DNA of 64,000 bases from Pelagomonas calceolata (GCA_918797485.1 CAKKNE010000003.1:124001-188000); one strand, 5' to 3'; positions 9,878 to 21,315 are shown, counted from the first letter of the stretch. Notes: generated by a model from the letters alone, not told the origin. Program-made: numbers and translations.

Positions 9878-12529
9878 ATGGGCCTTCCCGGTTTGTTCAA
9901 ATTGGAGAAGGATTCGATAGTAGCAAACGTAGAGATCGTCTACGGTAGACCAGACTGGCTCTGCCGCGCCTTAAAACGGCTCCTCATTGAAGTCTGGTGG
10001 GACGACCTTCAGAAGCTCGATTTCGTGGTGTCTGATGCAGATGTCGACTGCCATCAATACTGCAATCCAGATGATCGAAACGTGGCGATCGGCGTGATGC
10101 TCAAGGGGCTAGGAATCACGCACTGCGTCGTCCGAGGTGGTATCGGGGATACCAAAAGCCGGGAGTCGGCTCCAACTGTCGACTTGCGGCGCGATGCACT
10201 AGAAATAGTCATCGCCCAGCTACCACAAGATCATCCTGCTGTGCTGGCTCTGTCTTATCTCGTGAGGCCGGACGTCCGGGATGCGGCGCAGGCCGTGCGT
10301 GAGGCCCCCCCAGCCATCCGACCATTCAAGCCTGTTGCCTACTCAAAGTATTCTGGTTACTTGCGAGCGCAGACGCTTCGTGAGCTGCGAGACGCCATCG
10401 ATGCTGGTAGTGACGTCGTCGTCGACCAAGCCTCTACGGTCGACGCCGACAAGGTCATCGGTTTTTTGGCGGCCTGCTTCCCGCATAAGAGAACCGCCGC
10501 TCGGACCATCGACAGCGACATTCACTTCTTCATGGATATGATGGCCTACTTCCAGAAGACGAAGAAAGAGCCGGCCCGCCTCATCTACCTCGCCAGGAAG
10601 TATGCGGCGGTCCCGGCCGTGCACATGCTCCTGTGCGCGTGGTTATTGTGCGGCGGTAACGACTTCATGGTCGGCTATATTGCGCTCGCGTCGCGGACGA
10701 ACAAGGGAAACGCGACGGAGCGGGAGACGTTCTTCGCCATGCTGGACCAGATGATGGCCGGGGCGCGACCGGTGATGTCGTTAGACGAGCTGTTCGACTT
10801 CCTCTGCGCGACGCGAGAGGAGCGCATCCGGGTCGTGTTCGCGTTGATTTATTATTTTGATGCGCCGTCCTTCGCCGGCGTCCTTTGCGGTCCTTGTTCC
10901 CATCTGACGCGACGTCTCGCAGGTTCTTCATCGAGAACGGGCGCGTGCGACGAGGACTCGAGGCGGCGGTGGAGCTGGCGCCGACGGCGGCCGCACGGGA
11001 GCGGATCATCGACATGTTCTCGATGGTCGTGATGTCCGAGCTCTACGAGATCGTCGAGGCCGTCGTCGCGGCCGCGTGCGCGACGCCCGAGGGTATCAGG
11101 GCCATCAAGGCCACTGGTCGCGAGCTCCGCGCCCGCGCGCCGTCGGAGGAGGCGTCGGCCGTGGTTCGCGGGCGCTTTGATCGAGGGCGTAGACGCCGTT
11201 TTGTGCTAGCGCGCCGCTTTGAGGGCCAGCGCCCTCTTTGGTCACGGCGGCGCCGCGGTCTTGGAGGTGCTCGCCGTGCCCCCTAGCGTCGCCAAGATGA
11301 TGAAGGATTTGCGGGACGAAGCGGAGACTCACGAGCGACGCGGCGACGTCGGCCTGCGGGACGCGGAGCGGGCGGTGCGTCGTCTGGCGCGCGTTGCGGC
11401 TCAATTGGAAGATAGATTTCGGCGCACCGCTCTCGTCATTTCGCGGGCGCGCGATGCGTTCGCGCGGCTCACCGTCGCGGATCCTACCCTCGTGCGGCTC
11501 TTCGCGAAAGCGCTGACGGCGTGCCTGTCGGAAGACGAAGACACCGTCAAGGCGGCGCTCGCGGCGACGGGCGTGTTTGATGTGAGTCGGCCAGGAGGGC
11601 GGCACCTGGCGGCGCGGTTCGCGACGACGCCGGCGGCGGCCGCGGCGGCCGCGCCAGCAGTGGCGCCGTTCGCGATGCCTGCGCTGCCCGACGCGACGCC
11701 GCCGCCGCCGCCGCCGCTGCGATACCCTCGCCATCGTAGGCGGCTCGTTGGGCTCCAATCATGCCCAATAACGGGCGCCGTTGCAAAACCGCGCCCCGCT
11801 CCTAAACCGCGCGCCGCTCCTAAACCGCGCGCCGCTTCAAAACCGCGCACGTCGAGGGACGCGCCGGGCGGAACGGCCGTCGATTCTGACGACGAGGATT
11901 TTGGCCCGCTCCTGAGGTCGCGGGCCGAGATCGAGGCCGACGCGATGCGGTGGGACGCCGCGGCGGCCGCGGAAGCGGCCGCGGAGCGCGCCGGGGCCGC
12001 CGACGCGACCGTGGCCGACGACGGTCGCGATGCTGACGTCGACGGGGGTCGGCCGCCGCGCGCCGACGGCGCCGCTGCAAAACCGCGCGCCGCGCCGCCA
12101 GTCGTCGCTGCATCGCCTGGCCCGCACCTAAGCTCTAGCACCACGATCGACGTCGATGCCCTGCAGCCGCTCAGCAGCATCCCAATCCAGGAGGCGCCGT
12201 CCTACGACTCGGTCATCAACTTCACGCGATGCACTCCACGTCAGAAGAGCGGCGGCGCGACGAACTGGTGCGTCTTGTGCGGCAAACTGGAGGGCACTGG
12301 CGACGACTGCGTCACGATCCCGAAGCAGAACAAGGACGTCTGCAAGATCTGCGACACGGTCACGTGGAAGCACAACGCGTCGGGCGCCTACTTCAAGTGG
12401 TGCAAGGGCTGCAAGCGCTTCCACGAGATCCACGCCTTCGCCGGTAAGATCAGCGCCTCGAAGTGCAACGGCGCGCGCGCGCGCGGCCGCGCATATATGC
12501 GGAATTATCACGCCGCCCTCGAGGACTGA
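9878..12529 (+). CDS. PIN/FEN1-XPG-like 5' nuclease region plus low-complexity linker and C-terminal SBP-like Cys/His zinc finger (three overlapping ORFs)
   Basis: MGLPGLF, DADKVI, TIDSD, LLCGGNDF parallel the FEN/XPG MGI.GL, EAD, S.DSD, L.G.DY motifs; C-terminal WCVLC...VCKIC...KWCKGCKRFHEIHAF...KC resembles the SBP-box RFCQQCSRFH. Confidence 0.55.
11783..11848 (+). repeat. 18-bp coding tandem repeat (about 3.7 units; AKPRP/APKPRA)
   Basis: aaaccgcgcgccgctcct units; a further single copy near 12077-12097. Confidence 0.8.
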
Positions 12530-13246
12530 GGCGCCGGGCGACGACTCCTTTCCTCCGCGATTCAACGAACCTGAATCATCCACACCACCTGCGTAAGTAT
12601 CGCAAACGGTGCTCTCTTAAATACAAAGTAGAACCGCCGACGCCCATCTGTCCGACGAGCGAGCTCACTTCCACAGTGGGATCAGCCGGGGCTAGCTTGT
12701 CGGCGTTGGTACCCATATGGCGTCGCTGTTCCCTGAAGGCACCCGAGGGCGGTTGGAGGCGTCCGTGGAGGCTACAGTAGATGTGCGGCCGCGTGTGGAC
12801 ATGTTGGGCGACAAGGAAGCCTCCGGGTTTCGAGTCGAGCCGCAAGTACTTAAGTTTTTGTAGCCCACACGCCACATCCGTGCGACGTGCGCGCACGAGC
12901 ACCGTTCACACGTGGTCCTCACGTCCGCCGTACGCCGCCGCGTCCGTCTACCGCGCGCGCGTGCAAGAAACCGTCGCAAGCACTACGACAAAAATTTCCA
13001 GAGAAGCAGGAAGCAGACATGCGCGCGCGACGCACCGGAACCGAGTCAGAGGTTGGCTATAGACGCCGCCCGCGCGTCGCGGGCGCGCGTCGAAACCGTA
13101 CATCGCGCACGTCGACAAAAAGTGTACTGCCGTAAAATCTCGATCGCGGAGGTGGGGTTCGCGCGGATGGTGCGACCCCACCTGCCGCAGCCGGTCGTCG
13201 AGGACCTCTATCAGCGCTAGGCGCTCCGTTCCCTCTCCGTATAATA

Positions 13247-13555
13247 CTAGAAATGAGGCATGTAAAACTCCCCCTCCGCCATCAATCGAAGCGTCTCGTA
13301 CGCGTACAAACCGAAGAAAACGAGAGTCGAGCCGACCGCGACGTAGGCCACTATTTTATCGTCATTCGTCGCGGGGGCGGGGGGCGGCGCGTCGAAGAAC
13401 GGCTCCGCGTCGTCGTCGTCGGACGCGCGAAGAATCGTGACGTGTCGCGGCCGCACGACTGGCGCGCGACCGCATGCAGTCGTCCGCGTCGGCGGCGCGA
13501 AGGCTGCAGCGATCGCTGTCAGCGCCCAGAGGACGCATGCGACGTGTTTGACCAT
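13247..13555 (-). CDS. Small putative plastid-targeted membrane protein
   Basis: Signal peptide ending AAA-FAPP (ASAFAP-type), Arg/Thr-rich transit-like segment and one C-terminal TM helix. Confidence 0.7.
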   Translation of the reverse strand: MVKHVACVLWALTAIAAAFAPPTRTTACGRAPVVRPRHVTILRASDDDDAEPFFDAPPPAPATNDDKIVAYVAVGSTLVFFGLYAYETLRLMAEGEFYMPHF

Positions 13556-13739
13556 TTGTACGAGTTGTGCAGGCTGTTGTCTAATCCTTGGCTCTCTGCC
13601 TTACGAGCTTGTATGCGTTGCTTCGGCAGCACAGATGGAAAACAGATGCGGCACGGTACAACAGGCCACTCGGACCAAGATACTGCTCTACCGCGCTTGT
13701 ATAGCACGCTTGGCCGCTTTTGTCTCCGTTTTGGCTATA

Positions 13740-13839
13740 GCTAGCGGCCTGTAAGATACTAGAAATCCACAAAAATCATAAGGCGCGGCTTCCAGGCTAC
13801 GCGCGCTTAGGTGGGCTAGCGGCCTGTAAGCACACTAGC
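13740..13839. promoter_or_regulatory. Two copies of the CTAG-N14/15-CTAG motif (13740-13762, 13815-13839)
   Basis: gctagcggcctgtaagatactag and gctagcggcctgtaagcacactagc, upstream of the 13247-13555 gene. Confidence 0.6.
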
Positions 13840-16524
13840 AAACAAACAGGTGTGCGCGCGGCGCATGAAACGGCCGCAACACCAGCGCCGGCGCGGTCGC
13901 GTCGACGGTCTGCGCCGGCACGTACGCTTTCGTCGCCGCGTCCAACCGGACGACGGCCGCGCGCTGCGACGACTCCAAGTACCCGAGGAACTTCTCGAGC
14001 TCCGCGACGCCTTCCGGCGCGACGCCGAAGATGACGGCGTCGCACAGTTCTACCCGAGTCGCATCCTTCGCAGGCGCGGACGACGAGCTCGGGCCAGCAC
14101 GGCCGATCCGGCGATAAGGAAGCGATGGGCGTGCGCTTGTTCGGATCCCTCGACGACGGCACCGACAGAACGGTCGGCGCGAACTGCTGTTGCTGAAGTA
14201 CGCCCGCCGCCATGAGGACCGAGAACGCTTCGTCCATCGCGGGGCCGATGCCGTCCACGAGCAGCGACTCGACGTAGGGCGGGTTGTAGGCGTCCATGAT
14301 CATACCCGTGATTTTCGCCGAGAGGGCCTCGTCGAGCGGCCGCCCCCAGGGGTCGTTTTCCAGCGCCACGGCCGCGTACACTCGATCGGGGAGCGTCGCG
14401 TAGGAGGCTCCCGGCGCGAGCGCGGGCGCCGTCGTCGGGATCGGCGCGGCCTCGGCCTCGCGCTCGTCGGACCGGCGCCGCGCAGTGCCGTCAGCGCGGC
14501 CTTGGCGTCCGGCGGCGGCGCCGCCGCGGGCGCGGCCGCCGCGAAGGACGGCGCCTCACGGGGCGGGGCGTCCGCACCGTCGGCCGCTTGTACGTCCGCG
14601 GCGGCGCCGGCGCCGCGGGCTCTTCCTCGGGCGCCACGGGCGCCGCCGCCGCTACAAGCAGCCCGCGAACAGCGTGTCGACGTTGAGGATGCCGAACGTC
14701 TCACAAGCTAAACGGGCAGCCTCGGCCGACGCCGTCCGCGTCTCCTGATCCAATCGCGCCTCGAGCGGCGGCGGCGCCCAGTCGTCGCCGCGCGGCGCGC
14801 CGTCGTGCTGGGCCGCCCAACCCTCCAGCTTCGCGAGGAGGCCCGGGAGGTCCGCGGCCTCGCGCGCCGCCGCGTCGACGGCGCAGCGCGCGCCTCGAGC
14901 CAGGCCGCCGCGTCGAAGGCCTCGACGGCGCGCTCGGCCGCGGCCATGGCCTCGGCCCTGCGTCTCGCTCCAGCTAAAGCGAGGTCTTCGCGCCGCCGCT
15001 TCTCGCGTCGTTGGCCGCGCCGCCGCGCTCCGCGTCCTGGATGGACAGCCGCGGGTCGCGCCGCCTGGCAAACTTATCGATGGGAGCCTTGAGCGCCTTC
15101 TTGCGCTTCTTCGGGCCGGACCCGTTTGATGAAGCCGGCCGCTTCTCCCGCGGGCCCTTGTTGACCCCATATCTAGCTTTGAGTTCCGCGATGCCCAGAC
15201 CCGTCGTGTCGTCCTCGTCGCTCGCGTCGGAGTCGTCCGAGTCGTACAAGGTCTTCGGCTTTGGCGCGCCCCAGTCGCGGTCGTTCTTATCATCATTGTC
15301 GTCCTTGGGCGGCGCCCGGAGCAGCGCCTTCGCGCGCACAGTAACCGCGCTCTCCAAAAACTCCGCGCGCTCCGCGGCCGTCACTTGCAACCCCCGGGCC
15401 ACGTACGCGTCGAGCGTGTCCTCTGTACGTTTAGGTGCCTCGCCAACCACGTCGCTCTCCAAAGCCGCAAAGTCCACGGCGACGCGCGCCAGCGCCGCCT
15501 CGAGGCGCCGCCGCTCGGACGCCGTCAGCGACCCCCCGCCGCTCGACCACGATTTGAGCGTTTCTGATAATAACCGCCGCGCGCCGGCGTCGTTGGCGGA
15601 CACGGCCGGGTGCCGCGCGTCGGCCGCGGCGCCGTAGGCCACCGTCTCGACCCAGTGCGGGAAGCGGCACTCGGCGTCGACGCGGCACCGTTTTTCCAGC
15701 GAAAAGACGGCGAGCTGCGTCGCGAAGGCTCTCGAGTGGAGGTAGTTGCCCCCCAGCACGAGCGAGTCCTCGGGCGTGTAGACCGCGTGGAGCCAGCCCG
15801 CCGGCAGCGAGAGCACGTAGCCGGGCTCGAGCGAGATGCGGGACACCTCGCTTTCCCCCAGCACGTCGCCGAACCACGTCTTGGATTGAGATGACGACGA
15901 GATCCACTTGGCATACGCGTCCAGATTCTTGGGAGAGGGCGGCGCGAACCAGAAGACCTTGGCGCCCTCCACCACGTGGTACCACACGCTCGAGCCGCCC
16001 ATGTCGACGTGCCAGTCCGTGAAGGCCCCCTTCGCGGACATGAGGCAGTACTTTCTGACTTTTGGCCGCTGGTCCTCGGGCGTCTTCGACACCCAGTCCA
16101 CGTCGCGCACGAACTGCGGCGCCCTGACCAAAGCGCCGAGCCTCGTGCCGCTCACCTCAAGCGACAGGATGTTCAAAACTTTGTGCGTTGTCGGCGTCTT
16201 CTCGCGCATGTAGGCGGCCCACTCCCGTAGCGTCCAGCGGCGCTGCTGCTCCTGCGTCGCCGCGTCGAGGACCGGCACCTCCGTGTCCGGGCCCGCGAGT
16301 ATGGCTACGTCGTCTATTGTGAGTTCTGGTCGTTTCAGGCCCGCCGATTCATGTCCGCGGATCAGGAACGGCGCGTCGACGGCCGCGTCGGTCGCGCGGC
16401 ACCACGCGCCGTCTATATCAGCTCCGTCCTCATGGATCGGCGGCGTGAAGGCCGAGCCGTGCGGCTTCGCCATCATCAATGCGGCAAAAGCCGCGGGGTC
16501 TTTTTCGATGAGGGAGAGGTCCAT
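13835..16524 (-). CDS. JmjC histone demethylase (KDM2/KDM7-like), probably continuing through frameshifts into MLLE/PABC-like and SPOC-like segments
   Basis: LNILSLEVSGT, KVRKYCLMSAKGAFTDWHVDMGGSSVWYHV, AGWLHAVYTPEDSLVLGGNYLH; downstream frames give SAKITGMIMD (MLLE-like) and LEKFLGYLESSQRAAVV (SPOC-like), stop at 13835-13837. Confidence 0.8.
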
Positions 16525-16748
16525 TGTGGCAGCACTGCTCTATCTCGTGCAACAGGGCTGTGGAAACTATGAATCTATATATCGTCCAGCCAGAATTAGC
16601 AGCCCTATATGCTCTAACAGACCCAAATTTAAGCCGGCGCGCCCGGCATAGCTAAGGCTAGAGACACACTAGGCTTGATTAGAAGATGCGTCATGCAGCC
16701 GTTCGAGTATCGTTCGGTTCGATACTGGTCCAAAGAGATCAATGGGAC

Positions 16749-18649
16749 ACGTACTGGGGGCCGAAAAACTAAATTTTTTAATTCGCGGCCGGCGACGGCG
16801 CCACGGGCAATGGCGGCCGCGCCGGTTTAATCCTGTCAATCCCTGCCCAAGAGGTCTCCCTGTCGTCGCCTAGGGTCGGTACTATACACGTGCAAGCGCC
16901 TACGCCGCATGCGCCGCCGCTTCAAGCATTTTTGGCCGATTTCTCTCAGCATTGCAACCCATTTGAGCATGAATTACTTGGCAATGGCTTCCAGAGCTCT
17001 CCGAGTGCACTAGACGGCCGCATCGATGACGTACGCGACACAGGCGACTACCCACTACCAGACCTACCCCGAGAGACGTCCAGGGGCCGACCTGCATCCG
17101 AAAAAAGTGTGCAATTTGGACCCGATGGCGCCCCGTTCCCGTCAAAAACGTCAATTACCCGAGGGCCCCCAGTAGTCGCCGTAGCGGTCTCGTTGGACCC
17201 CATACTACCCCACCGATAGTCAATTACAAGTATATGACATCTACACCGCGAGAAGGGTACTTTGGGCCGACCACGCTCGGGACGTGAACATCTGCATCTG
17301 GAGCTCGCGTAAGTCAGTCGGTCATGAAACAAATGATCGCGTCTTGGTCCATGGTGATGGTACACGGGCTGATGGTCGCAGGTCCAAGTAACTAGCCCAA
17401 ATTATCGAGATCAGTGGGTGGCAGGGTGGCCGAGCCGCCGTGGAGATTACTGTTCAAAAATCCTATGTAGTACACGCTCAGGCCGGTTATCTGGCCCGTC
17501 CCACAACCAAAGCGCCTGAAAAGCAAATTTATTTCACAACTCACCGGTCTGGGGCCTTTCCGGTGCTCCGTCTCCGCACCGTCGTCCGCGGAGAACGGGC
17601 AAGTCGGTCGATTGTGAATAGAACAACGGCGTTATGGTCCATCTGGATGGTGTCGTCGCTGATACTCGCAGGTCTGGGTTCTGTGCCCTTTACGCCATCG
17701 AAGCGTGGCCGCGAAGTCTCCGTTTTGGGCAGCTCTAACGGAGCATCTCATTCTGCTCAGTGAGTGTTCAATCGGGCTAGATGGACTCTACCACTAACAA
17801 ACGGAAGGAAACGAACATAAACTCGGGAGTTGTCCAGTAGAATTCTTCTCCCGCCCTCCGAGCGCGGGCCGTCGGCTCCGGTTCCGTCGAACTTATATGA
17901 AAACTGGGCTGGAGTTGATATAATGTCTTAATTGGATAGTAGAAGGCGCCACCAAACGCTGGTGTATTTTGGCGACCCGTAAGTCTCATCCGTGAATGTC
18001 GCGGGCGGTGCCTTCCGGGAGGCGCGAGAGTATGTTCTCGGGCCTCTACTCTAAAATATTTGGTCTCGGCGAACGACTAGGATGTATTCTGAATTTGGGT
18101 CATTCTTTTGACGCTATCGAGGCGTTTCTCTGAATTTCCTAGTGTGTCGATATACGCTAGCTCGGTTGGCTCTTCTGTCAACGTGCTTGTGATCTTCACG
18201 AGGTCCCGGAGAACGCATTGCGTCCGGGTCCATTGCACCTCGCCGCCGCGGGTTGTATTCCTCTACACGCTCCCGCCGGCCGTTCAGCTCCACCTGCTCT
18301 TGCCTTCGATCATTGAGAGATTTCACACAACGTGCGGGTTCTATAGCGCCGTTCCAGCTCGAGGTGCTCTGCTGCTGCTCCACACACACACACGCGCGCG
18401 CCGACGTCCGCTGCCCCGCTGCAGGTTTCTTCCCCCGCGTCCCAATCGTCACCTTTCGTGTGGAGCAGCAGTAACATCTCAACGCTAGCTAGCTCTGCTT
18501 CCGGAAGACACTTCCCTACCGTATCGCGCGCTCGCGCGGTCTGGTAGATTGAGGCTCGGACCCCCTAGGGTGAGTTCGGGTTCTCTACTATCAAGTCCTT
18601 AAAATTTCAACGTGCGGGCCCGGAGCAGAATAATCTCGCACCTTGGTAC
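16749..18649. mobile_element. Decayed lower-GC insert, possible transposon relic
   Basis: No coherent ORF, visibly lower GC/CpG than flanks, flanked by direct repeat atgggac (16742-16748 and 18650-18656), weak inverted gtac-containing ends. Confidence 0.35.
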
Positions 18650-18786
18650 ATGGGACTACTCCGGACGCTCGCGCAGCCATCGACGCGATCGACGCGATAT
18701 ATATATATACCCCATATACTTACCTGGGAACGCACGAGACGTCGCACGAGAGGGATTTTTATAAACGAATACGAGTTATTACGCGA

Positions 18787-19443
18787 CTAGTCGCTCTTGA
18801 TGCCCCCGTCGTCGGCGTACTTGATCAGGTCCGCGTGCGAGTTGATTTTGAGAATAGTGGTGCCCTTGCCGTGGTATAGCTCCTCCGCCAAATTGCCATG
18901 TAAAAGTACTGCGGACCGGTCGTTGATGCGCACGAGCCGCGGGCCCGCTTCCGCAAAAGCAATACCCAAGACATCAAGCACGACGAAAGGCGCGTGCCAC
19001 AGCGTGGCCACCTTCAGACACCCGACGCCCGCCGCGCGGTCGACCAAGCATGCCGACGACGCGACCGCGTCGGGGTGGAACGACGAGCACACCGCCGTCA
19101 CCGTGGCCGCCACCAAGTTGAGAGCGGCGACCATCTTCTTCGTCCGCGGTAACGCGGCGGTCGCGAGGGTCATGCACGTCGCGCCCCAGACCGCGAGGTA
19201 AACCGCGGCCACCATCACCAGGTTCTTCGCCAGCACGTGCACGGCCTGCTGCTCCGGCGTCTTCTTCTTCGGTCCGTCGAGCGACACGCCCCAGGCGTCC
19301 GCGATCAATGCCAAGCTCTCGGACGGCTGGGCCACATAGTACGCGCCGACCCCAAACAACCCGACGCCGTGGAAGAAGATGCACGCCGAACTAAAAGCTC
19401 TTCGCTTCTTGCCGACGTTGCCCGTGGGCAGGATGTTGTCGAC
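18787..19443 (-). CDS. Multi-pass membrane protein of unknown function, paralog A (main exon; a 5' exon may start at ATG 19598)
   Basis: GKKRRAFSSACIFFHGVGL...PSESLALIADAW...PRTKK...AGPRLVR...NSHADL aligns with paralog B; acceptor cacacag at 19450-19444. Confidence 0.75.
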   Translation of the reverse strand, partial: VDNILPTGNVGKKRRAFSSACIFFHGVGLFGVGAYYVAQPSESLALIADAWGVSLDGPKKKTPEQQAVHVLAKNLVMVAAVYLAVWGATCMTLATAALPRTKKMVAALNLVAATVTAVCSSFHPDAVASSACLVDRAAGVGCLKVATLWHAPFVVLDVLGIAFAEAGPRLVRINDRSAVLLHGNLAEELYHGKGTTILKINSHADLIKYADDGGIKSD

Positions 19444-19999
19444 CTGTGTGCGTGACGGGTGTGCGTGTGCGCGTTGCGGCGATGGCGTATAGCGTTCCGA
19501 TACGTCTCAGCGCAGCGATGCAGCGCAGCGCTATTTGACGAGGCGTTCGCGCGACGGCAACGACGCATCCTGAGCGCACTGCCAAGGCTCTGACCCATGG
19601 ATCTTGGTTGCACGGCAGCAGCGATGCCGGGGCTTGCGGCCATGCAAACCAGTACTTCGAACTGTCTCTGGACACCGCTTCCGTACGCTCTCGTTCATGG
19701 TGCGTCTCGTTCACGGCGTTCTTGTGCGCACCTGATGGCAAATGGCAGTGCTCAAGGATCCGTGACTCAGCGACCGAGAGCCGTCGCACCGTTATAAGAG
19801 TGCCTCTGCCCGCGGAAGAGAAAAGCGAAATCCGCGGGAACAAAACGGGTTTCGAGTGCCATGTGTTGCTTTTTGGGGCGCTAAAAGCTGTGCAACAATC
19901 ACAAAATATCCGCACGAAGCAGCATTTATTCCACACGATACGTGCGCGACGCGTGCGCTGATCTGAACGCGTTCCGCCGGAGCACAGCACCGCAGCAGA

Positions 20000-21188
20000 A
20001 TGCACACTGCATTCGCCGTGCTCCTGCTGCACGCCATCGATGCGACAGAGGCATCGACAGTAGTCGAAGACTTCCGCAAAAATGGCTACGCAATCGTCCA
20101 GAACTTCGCGAGCGCCGCCGAGGTCGCCGCCATGAAGACGGCGATGCAGGAAAAGACGGACGCGTACTGGGCGGAGCGCTCGGACCCCACCGTCTTCCGG
20201 ACCGACGCGGGCCAGGAGGCCGCGCAGGCCCGGTCGCGGAAGTTCTTTGAGAGCGCGGACCGCGTCGAGTTCTTCGAGGAGGCCGAGGGCGCGGCGCTGA
20301 ACAAGGCCGGCCACGCGCTCCACCTCGGGGACGACGCCTTCGGGCGGTATGCTACTTCTCAGAAGGTGCGAACCCTGCTGCGGGACCTCGGCTACGAACG
20401 GCCCGTGCTGCCCCAGTCGATGTATATCTTCAAGGCGCCGTTGCACGGCGGCGCGGTCACGTCGCACCAGGACGCGACGTTCTTGAGGACGGACCCGGAC
20501 CAGACCGTGGTCGGGCTGTGGCTGGCCTTGGATGATGCCACGCCGGAGAACGGCTGCGTCTGGGCGCGGGCCGGGTCGCACCGGGAGCCGCTGCGGCGCG
20601 TCTTTGTTAGGGATCGCGACCGCGGCGAGGCGAACGCGACGATGGTGTTTGTGAGGACCTGTGCGCAAATCAAACAGTGCGTCGGCTGCGAAAAGTCATT
20701 TCTCGGCGACAACGCGACCTTGATGACTGAATCGAGTGGTGCAAGACCCACACTGCCACACAATCAAGCTGGCGTCGCGTCGATGGCGTGGAGGTCATGA
20801 TTCAGCAGTGGCGGAGACGCGCAGCGACAATTTGATTTATGCACAGGTCAGGACGCCGCCGGGGCGTTTCTACTTCTCGGAGCGGCTCGGCGGGCCGCCG
20901 GCGAATGCGCGCGCCGTCGTCGAGGCACCGTGGGAGGGCGCCGACATGACGCCGGAGGCCGCGCAGCTGCACGGCTTCGCGCCGCTGCCGGCGCGCGCCG
21001 GCGACCTCGTCCTGCTGGCGGGCACGCTCGACCACCTGAGCTTCCCGAACACGTCTCCACAGCAGCGCCACACGTTCCAGCTCCACGTCGTCGAGTCGGC
21101 CGGGACGGCGTGGCACGCGGCGAACTGGCTCCAGACCGACCGCGTTGGTGGCTTCCTGCCGCTGGGGGTCGAGGAGGGCGAGCTTTGA
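20000..21188 (+). CDS. Phytanoyl-CoA dioxygenase family protein (PHYHD1-like); intron 20651-20846
   Basis: LNKAGHALH, QSMYIFK...GGAVTSHQDATFL, GLWLALDDATPENGC...GSH, HLSFPNTS..RH; splicing the introner joins ORF 20000 to the frame of ORF 20736-21188. Confidence 0.9.
20659..20846. mobile_element. Introner element (188 bp) in the PHYHD1-like gene
   Basis: TIRs ctgtgcgcaaatcaaa / tttgatttatgcacag; TSD gtgaggac (20651-58) / gtcaggac (20847-54); GT..AG intron 20651-20846 restores the frame. Confidence 0.92.
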
Positions 21189-21315
21189 CGCGTCGATGGC
21201 GTGCAGCGCCGGCAGGCGCCGCAGGTTCCGCCGGTCCTCGCGGGTCCGAGTTTGGGGCCAAGAGGAGCGCGCTAGGTGTATGTAATTTGTTTGTTTATAA
21301 GAACCGAGCCTGCTA

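Larger units (their letters stand above)
9347..12613. mobile_element. Putative inverted-repeat-bounded element carrying a FEN/XPG-like nuclease gene
   Basis: agcaccgtttgcg-N10-aggtg at 9347-9374 is inverted at 12586-12613; tgcgatactt (9490-9499) is inverted at 12595-12604; A/T-tract-rich non-coding ends; no TSD identified. Confidence 0.35.

Noticed and set aside
18716..18780. ATACTTACCTGG, identical to the U1 snRNA 5' end
   Set aside because: No U1 stem-loop I (GATCACGAAG), no loop II (ATTGCAC) and no properly spaced Sm site follow; it is equally the reverse complement of a consensus donor site.
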